A stretch of DNA of 64,000 bases from Eubacteriales bacterium. GTDB lineage: Bacteria > Bacillota > Clostridia > Oscillospirales > CAG-272. The notes under the pieces are model-generated. The model was not told the origin of the DNA, searched no databases, and saw only the letters and a program-made list of their open reading frames with translations. The position numbers and the translations under genes are program-made. The DNA is taken from the NCBI GenBank assembly GCA_045128735.1, contig JBGVRT010000052.1, positions 88,137-152,136 on the forward strand. The letters are read 5' to 3'. Below, piece by piece: positions 59,349 through 64,000 of the stretch (positions are counted from its first letter, which is position 1; each line of letters opens with the position of its first letter).

Positions 59349-60485
59349 TCAGATCCCCGGAATAAAAGCGGGACGGAAGCCGATGTACGAGCTGTAGCCC
59401 GAGCGCGGATAGCCGCCAGCCGCATAGAACACCCCGGCGGCGCCACCGTAGTGCCAGCCGCCCCCGCGATACACGAGGCGCTCTCCGATGTTTCTCATGT
59501 AGGCATAGTCGCCACCATAAGAGACGCTGGTGCCGTCAGGCATCAGAGCGAGCGCCTTCAGGCGATCGGGAACGAGGACGCCTTCCGCAGCCTTCAGGCT
59601 CGCGAAGCTCATGGAGCCGTATGGTGCGTCAGCTGTCTGCTGGTAGGTCAGTTTGGTGTTCAGGCCGAACGGGATGCCAGCGCTCGCAGTTCCGGGATCC
59701 TGAGTGTAGTCCCATTTCAGAGATCCGGCAGTTCCGGGCTCCACGAGGGTGCCGTCCTGAAGGATCGCTTTCCAGAGCGTGGACTCAGGGTTCTGCTCGT
59801 ACTGCATCGCGGCGTCGTTGTCGGCGAAGATCTGAAGCTCGCCGTCGACCGTGCGATAGCCGCCCTGCCACTCGTAGACGTTGCCGTTCAGGTCACAGAT
59901 GCCGTCCGGCTGCCAGTTGTCGTTCCACGTTGCAGGGCCGGAGCCGGTGAGAGTGCGGCAGATCGTCTCGCCGTCGAAGTAGGAGCCGATGCCCTTCTCG
60001 TACTTATAGGAGCCGTCCTTGCCGTAGTTGTTGTTGCCGTGGGGCATGGTGCCGTTCTTACGGCTCAGCAGCGCGATCCATGCGTATTCTGCGATGGTCG
60101 GCAGGTGGAAGCCGGCGCCGTTCGCCTCGCACCAGATCTTGGCGTTGTTGAAGTTGACGTAGTTGCTGGTCGCGCTTCCGCGGTCAGCTGTTGCCACCGA
60201 GCTCGCTGCGGGATCCTGAAGAGGAAGGGAGAGAGCTCTGCCCTTGTAAACAGTTGCCAGATACTTGCCCATGTAGAAGGCAGGGATCTCGACGCCGTTC
60301 ACCTTGAAGGCGTAGTGGGTAGTGTCAGGGCCGCCGTCGATGACGTCGGAGATCGCGCCCTTGCCGCGTCTGACGTAGATCGAAGGCATGCCCAGATCGT
60401 TATAGATGGCGACGTTCGTGCCACCGCTCAGAAGTCGAACGGCAGCGTCGAAGTCGCTGACGGGTTTCTTGCTGATTTCTGCCAT
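59349..60485 (-). CDS. DGR target protein, C-type-lectin/FGE-sulfatase-like fold, probable receptor-binding protein (Mtd-like)
   Basis: FYMGKY, GFHLPTIAEY, GICDLNGNVYEW, RGG.W...G.F...PRS.....GFRP; VR at the extreme C-terminus; last gene of the tail module. Confidence 0.9.
   Translation of the reverse strand: MAEISKKPVSDFDAAVRLLSGGTNVAIYNDLGMPSIYVRRGKGAISDVIDGGPDTTHYAFKVNGVEIPAFYMGKYLATVYKGRALSLPLQDPAASSVATADRGSATSNYVNFNNAKIWCEANGAGFHLPTIAEYAWIALLSRKNGTMPHGNNNYGKDGSYKYEKGIGSYFDGETICRTLTGSGPATWNDNWQPDGICDLNGNVYEWQGGYRTVDGELQIFADNDAAMQYEQNPESTLWKAILQDGTLVEPGTAGSLKWDYTQDPGTASAGIPFGLNTKLTYQQTADAPYGSMSFASLKAAEGVLVPDRLKALALMPDGTSVSYGGDYAYMRNIGERLVYRGGGWHYGGAAGVFYAAGGYPRSGYSSYIGFRPAFIPGI
59366..59481 (-). 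repeat. DGR variable repeat (VR)
   Basis: Encodes RLVYRGGGWHYGGAAGVFYAAGGYPRSGYSSYIGFRPA versus TR RLVYRGGNWNNGGNAGVFYANGNNPRSNYNTNIGFRPA. Confidence 0.97.
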
Positions 60486-60487
60486 GG

Positions 60488-60790
60488 TTACACCTCCGCG
60501 TCAACGTCGATCAGGGCCCAGAGCACGAGCGTCACATTCTCCATGCTGAAGGCGACTGCATCGCCGTCCTCGCCGTACTGTCTGGCGGGGATGATGATGT
60601 TCGCGACGAAGTATTTGGAAGGGCCGGCGATCAGGATGTGCTCGTCGTCGGTGCAGACGTCGATCTGAACCTCCTCGTCTCTCTCGTACTTGGCGAGGTT
60701 GAGGGTGATCTCGTCGTCGCCGAAGGTGATCTTGTTGCCGGTTACTTCATAGGCGACCTTGGTGCCTTTGTTCTTCTCGATTACAGTCAT
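60488..60790 (-). CDS. Hypothetical phage tail-region protein
   Basis: 100 aa, AAAGGAG RBS, operonic. Confidence 0.75.
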   Translation of the reverse strand: MTVIEKNKGTKVAYEVTGNKITFGDDEITLNLAKYERDEEVQIDVCTDDEHILIAGPSKYFVANIIIPARQYGEDGDAVAFSMENVTLVLWALIDVDAEV

Positions 60791-60948
60791 TTCTGCATTC
60801 TCCTTTCGATCTCTGCCGTTTTACGGCTGATTTCCTGAGCATACTCGCGCTGCTCTTTGGTTGCGGTCTGAGGGTTCACGCCGAAGGATCTCATGACCTG
60901 AGCCTCGTGGCGCTTCTGTTCTTCGCTTGTGATCTTTACGTTTGCCAT
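60787..60948 (-). CDS. Small phage protein (53 aa), absent from the ORF track
   Basis: MANVKITSEEQKRHEAQVMRSFGVNPQTATKEQREYAQEISRKTAEIERRMQK; TGATG and ATGA overlaps with both neighbours. Confidence 0.75.
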   Translation of the reverse strand: MANVKITSEEQKRHEAQVMRSFGVNPQTATKEQREYAQEISRKTAEIERRMQK

Positions 60949-61358
60949 CAGAACATACCCCCTGATACGTGGAAGCGGACGACGATGCTCGTCGCGTTTC
61001 CGTTGTATTTGACCTTGAAGCCGTTGGCCTGCTTTGTCAGGGGAATGATGTCCCCGGCAGAGCCGCCGGTCACGCTCTTGACCTCTGCGACGACGTTGTA
61101 GGTCGTCATGTTTCTCGTCTTGGACGCGGGAAGGTCGACGGAGTTCTCCGCGCCGGAGCCGGTCAGAGTGGCCTCGACGACGATCGTCTCAGCGTTCAGG
61201 GCCATGTCGTTGCAATACCTGCGGTGCGCGGCGTTCATAGCTGCCAGAGCTGCGGCTTCCATGGTGCCGGCTTCGAGGTTGTTGAAGTTGGCAGCGTTCA
61301 TGTCGGTGCCCTCTTGGATGCCCTCGACGTGATCCTGCCAGATTTGTCGCTTGTACAT
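60948..61358 (-). CDS. Hypothetical tail-fibre-associated protein
   Basis: 136 aa; WQDHV..IQEGT.MNAANFNNLE.G N-terminus, beta-rich C-terminus; GGAGG RBS. Confidence 0.65.
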   Translation of the reverse strand: MYKRQIWQDHVEGIQEGTDMNAANFNNLEAGTMEAAALAAMNAAHRRYCNDMALNAETIVVEATLTGSGAENSVDLPASKTRNMTTYNVVAEVKSVTGGSAGDIIPLTKQANGFKVKYNGNATSIVVRFHVSGGMF

Positions 61359-61361
61359 GCC

Positions 61362-61673
61362 TTATACCTCCTGCTCAGTGATAGGCAGATCGAGCTTGAT
61401 CAGGACGCCCTGACCTGCTGCCTTTGTGATATTGTCGGACTTTTGAGCCGCCACCTCGCCGTCGATGTCGATGACTCTCAGGCTGGTGATGGTGCAGGCG
61501 GAAGCAGTGAGATCCGTGAACACTGCATGGATGACGATCTTCTCGCCCTCCAGTGCCTTCTTCTGGATCGTTCCCGTGTACCACGTGGAGCCGACCAGCG
61601 CCTCGACCTTGGCGATGTTCTTCATCCACCAGACGCGGCGCTTTTGCAGAAAATTGGATGTGTAAAATGCCAT
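61362..61673 (-). CDS. Hypothetical phage baseplate/tail protein
   Basis: 103 aa, AAGGAGG RBS, operonic. Confidence 0.7.
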   Translation of the reverse strand: MAFYTSNFLQKRRVWWMKNIAKVEALVGSTWYTGTIQKKALEGEKIVIHAVFTDLTASACTITSLRVIDIDGEVAAQKSDNITKAAGQGVLIKLDLPITEQEV

Positions 61674-61691
61674 TGTGCTGTGCCTCCTTCT

Positions 61692-62612
61692 TTAGTTGCC
61701 GCACTTCGATGTGCCGCATTTTGCGAGAATGACGCGGCCGTTCCCGGCTGCGTTCGTCACGACCGCCATGGCAGCTGTGCGAACAGCTCCCACGGTTGCC
61801 GTCTTGGGGATCACTCCGGTCGTCTCGGTGCCGGTCTCGGTTGACTCGTACCCGCTCGCCGCGAGCTCTGCTGCAGCTGTGGCAGCGTCGCCCGTGATGA
61901 TCTTGCCGACCACGGCGATGTGCGGGGTGGTTCCGGTTACCTCGGTTCCGGCCTCGATAGACTCGAAGCTGGCAGCAGCGGAGTCCAGCCCGGCGACAGC
62001 TCCGTCCTCGGTCAGGATCTTGCCGATCACTGCGAGGCGCGGGATGGTGCCGCACTTCTTCGGAGTGAAGAAGAAGGCGGTGTCGGTATTGCTGACGACC
62101 ATCCGGCTGCCGTAGGTGTCGGAGAAGTAGACGCCGTCCAGACGGGAGCGCACTGACATGGCGACCTTCGCGATCGCCTTGAACTCTTGCAGGATCGCAT
62201 CGGTCACGTGTCTGTGGCTGGTATAGACGGAGAAGTGGAAGGGCTTCGGGTTGACGTAGCCCTCCTCGTGCCACTCCTCGACGAAGCCGGGCGAGATATA
62301 CGCGGAGATCAGCTCCTCGACCGCCCACTTCGTTCCGCGTCGGCTGTGCACCAGATCCGAGATCTTGATGACCGCCCGCTTGTTCTCCAGAGGAAGGCCG
62401 GAGCTGTACCAGTCGATGTCGAGCTCATAGGCCAGCTCGTCGAGCTGAGCGTCGTCGAGCTCGTCGATCTGATCCCAGACTCGGACGGTCTTGACCTTCC
62501 GGCCCGGATCCCTGATCAGCTTGTTGACGGCAGCGGCCAGTCCTTTCACCGCTTCGTCATCGCGCATAAACTCCGGGACGAGTTTGAGGACGTCGGCCGT
62601 CGATAGACGCAT
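61692..62612 (-). CDS. Phage tail protein I (P2 gpI-like) with C-terminal repeats
   Basis: IDELDDAQLDELAYELDIDWY, KRAVIK...H.RRGTKWAVE, EEW; follows baseplate J. Confidence 0.85.
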   Translation of the reverse strand: MRLSTADVLKLVPEFMRDDEAVKGLAAAVNKLIRDPGRKVKTVRVWDQIDELDDAQLDELAYELDIDWYSSGLPLENKRAVIKISDLVHSRRGTKWAVEELISAYISPGFVEEWHEEGYVNPKPFHFSVYTSHRHVTDAILQEFKAIAKVAMSVRSRLDGVYFSDTYGSRMVVSNTDTAFFFTPKKCGTIPRLAVIGKILTEDGAVAGLDSAAASFESIEAGTEVTGTTPHIAVVGKIITGDAATAAAELAASGYESTETGTETTGVIPKTATVGAVRTAAMAVVTNAAGNGRVILAKCGTSKCGN

Positions 62613-63952
62613 TAGCCGCTGACCTCGTGCCGGATGGTTTTCTTGCCGCTGAAGGCTGCGATCGTCGTGTCGTTGAGCTCAGTGAACTCCGGACTGGTGA
62701 TCACGACGCGCGTCGCTCCGACGGCAGCGTCCCCGGTGGGTGCGAGAATGAGAGCTCGCAGCTTGTCGGGGTTGATGTGACGGCCGAGGACTCCGGCCTG
62801 CCATGCGATGAACTGATCGACGGCTCCGCCTTCTCCTTCGACTGTCTGGATGCAGGCGCCCTCTGTGGCCGCGGTGGTGTAGTATGTCAGCTCGATGTCA
62901 TACTCGTGCACCCTCGGCGCCTCGGCCACGACTTTGTCGGTCATTGGCCGCACTTCTGAAGCGCTGCATGCTGCGAGCACCTTGGCGAGGATGGTCTCGT
63001 CAGGCAGCTCGCCGTTCTCGCAGATCGGGACGATCTTGACGACGCCCTCGTTCGTCTTGTCGATCTCGATCTTCAGCTCTCCGGCTCCTACCAGAGCTCC
63101 ATCGGCCAGCAGCTCGATCGTCAGAAGGTCGTCCTCGTAGGTTGCCTTGTAGTCGGTACCAGCCGTCGCCGGCGTGGTTCCGTCCGAGAGGTAAACGACG
63201 AGAGTCTCAGCGATCAGATCGCTGCCTCCCTTGTAGGCCTTGCTGCCGTTGACTGCCAGAGTCCGGGCGATCGTTTCCTGCTCGCTCTTGACTGTGACGT
63301 CTGCGATGGAGGAGTCGGCGCTCATAGCCCAGTAGCGGTAGCCGTTGACCGGCCCGGCTGTGGAGAGCTTTGAGGGTGCGACTCTGATGCGTTCGCGGAG
63401 GCTGTCGTCATCTTCTTCGTCAGCGCCGCCGGCTGTGACCTCGGTGTTGCTGACTGTGTCGACGTAGGCGATCAGATCGACGAGAGTGTTCACGGATCCG
63501 ACCGCGATGTCATTGAACTGAGTGCCGCCGCCTTCGCTGACCGCATCGACGTCCACGTAGAGATGGCCGGCTTCGATGACGGCCGTCCTCGTGGTTGCGA
63601 AGTAGCGCGTGTTGTCGCTTGTCGCTCTGGTTCCTTCCGGGATGATGACGTTCTCCGTGATCGCGCTGTTCAGAGTGAAGCGCAGCACGGTCGCCGCTTC
63701 CGTCGGAGCCAGTCTTTCGACGCCCACGCGCTCGCCCAGTGCGTCGAGAACTTCGCCGCGAGCATATCGCAGCATCTTCTGACGCGCTGCGTCGTTCATC
63801 GCGTTATACATAGCGACGAACAGCGGCACCAGAGCCTCGCCGAAGATCCTGCGCTCGTCGCCCGGATAGAGTGGCTCGGAGACGTATGACTCCAGCGATG
63901 TGATGACTTCCTCGAAAATGAGGTCGGCATCGGTAGTTATAAACTCATTCAT
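62612..63952 (-). CDS. Baseplate J/gp47-family protein
   Basis: LYPGDERR, LRYARGEVLDALG, GGADEEDDDSLRERI, STAGP..GY.YWA.SA, VRPMTDKV. Confidence 0.92.
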   Translation of the reverse strand: MNEFITTDADLIFEEVITSLESYVSEPLYPGDERRIFGEALVPLFVAMYNAMNDAARQKMLRYARGEVLDALGERVGVERLAPTEAATVLRFTLNSAITENVIIPEGTRATSDNTRYFATTRTAVIEAGHLYVDVDAVSEGGGTQFNDIAVGSVNTLVDLIAYVDTVSNTEVTAGGADEEDDDSLRERIRVAPSKLSTAGPVNGYRYWAMSADSSIADVTVKSEQETIARTLAVNGSKAYKGGSDLIAETLVVYLSDGTTPATAGTDYKATYEDDLLTIELLADGALVGAGELKIEIDKTNEGVVKIVPICENGELPDETILAKVLAACSASEVRPMTDKVVAEAPRVHEYDIELTYYTTAATEGACIQTVEGEGGAVDQFIAWQAGVLGRHINPDKLRALILAPTGDAAVGATRVVITSPEFTELNDTTIAAFSGKKTIRHEVSG

Positions 63953-64000
63953 GCGTCGGCCTCCTTGATGGTGTTAATTTTTGCAGTGATGGCGAAGTGA
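63949..64000 (-). CDS. 3' end of the upstream baseplate gene (truncated by window end)
   Basis: ...HFAITAKINTIKEADA*; stop overlaps the baseplate J ATG. Confidence 0.55.
   Translation of the reverse strand, partial: HFAITAKINTIKEADA

Larger units (their letters stand above)
54307..64000 (-). mobile_element. Prophage (contractile-tail type) inserted at the ssrA 3' end; lysis/DGR/tail end, continuing past the window
   Basis: Abrupt rise in GC and codon-usage change right after CCACCA; tightly coupled minus-strand baseplate, tail, DGR and lysis genes. Confidence 0.93.

Noticed and set aside
59451..62606. Long plus-strand ORFs in the prophage (e.g. 59451-60668, 60969-61844)
   Set aside because: Antisense shadows expected in GC-rich DNA; the minus-strand genes have RBSs, coupling and motifs.
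54307..64000. Additional VR copies (multi-target DGR)
   Set aside because: No other TR-like sequence seen by eye in this window; the rest of the prophage is outside the window.
1..64000. CRISPR array, cas genes or rRNA
   Set aside because: No regularly spaced repeats, cas-like ORFs or rRNA-like sequence seen.

Overview
The window has two parts. Bases 1-54306 are chromosomal DNA of a Clostridia-type (Bacillota) bacterium; the taxonomy is inferred from gene content and synteny. This part carries xseA-xseB-ispA-DUF212-tlyA-nadK-argR-recN-ybaK, argS-yebC, a xer-uvrB-uvrA operon, a polar amino-acid ABC transporter preceded by ARG boxes, CIRCE-hrcA-grpE-dnaK-dnaJ-prmA, a PhoB/PhoR-like pair, tRNA-Val(GAC), several carbohydrate genes (GH2, GH10-like, GH37, GH51, CE15-like, enolase/SDR/lactonase), ymfF/ymfH-lgt-folD, an orphan kinase-PqqD-S24/S26 peptidase triad, a LytTR/DUF3021 pair, and tmRNA (53938-54306). 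Right after the tmRNA CCA end the sequence becomes visibly GC-richer and all genes switch to the minus strand. This is one end of a contractile-tailed prophage (baseplate J, tail protein I, lysis module) that continues past the window edge. The main finding is a complete diversity-generating retroelement (DGR) between the tail and lysis modules, in the order target(VR)-avd-TR-RT. Its 116-bp TR (58777-58892) and VR (59366-59481) differ at 16 positions, all at adenines of the TR coding strand. DGRs are a known class; whether this phage and target are undescribed cannot be judged without database searches. All calls come from reading the sequence and motifs by eye.
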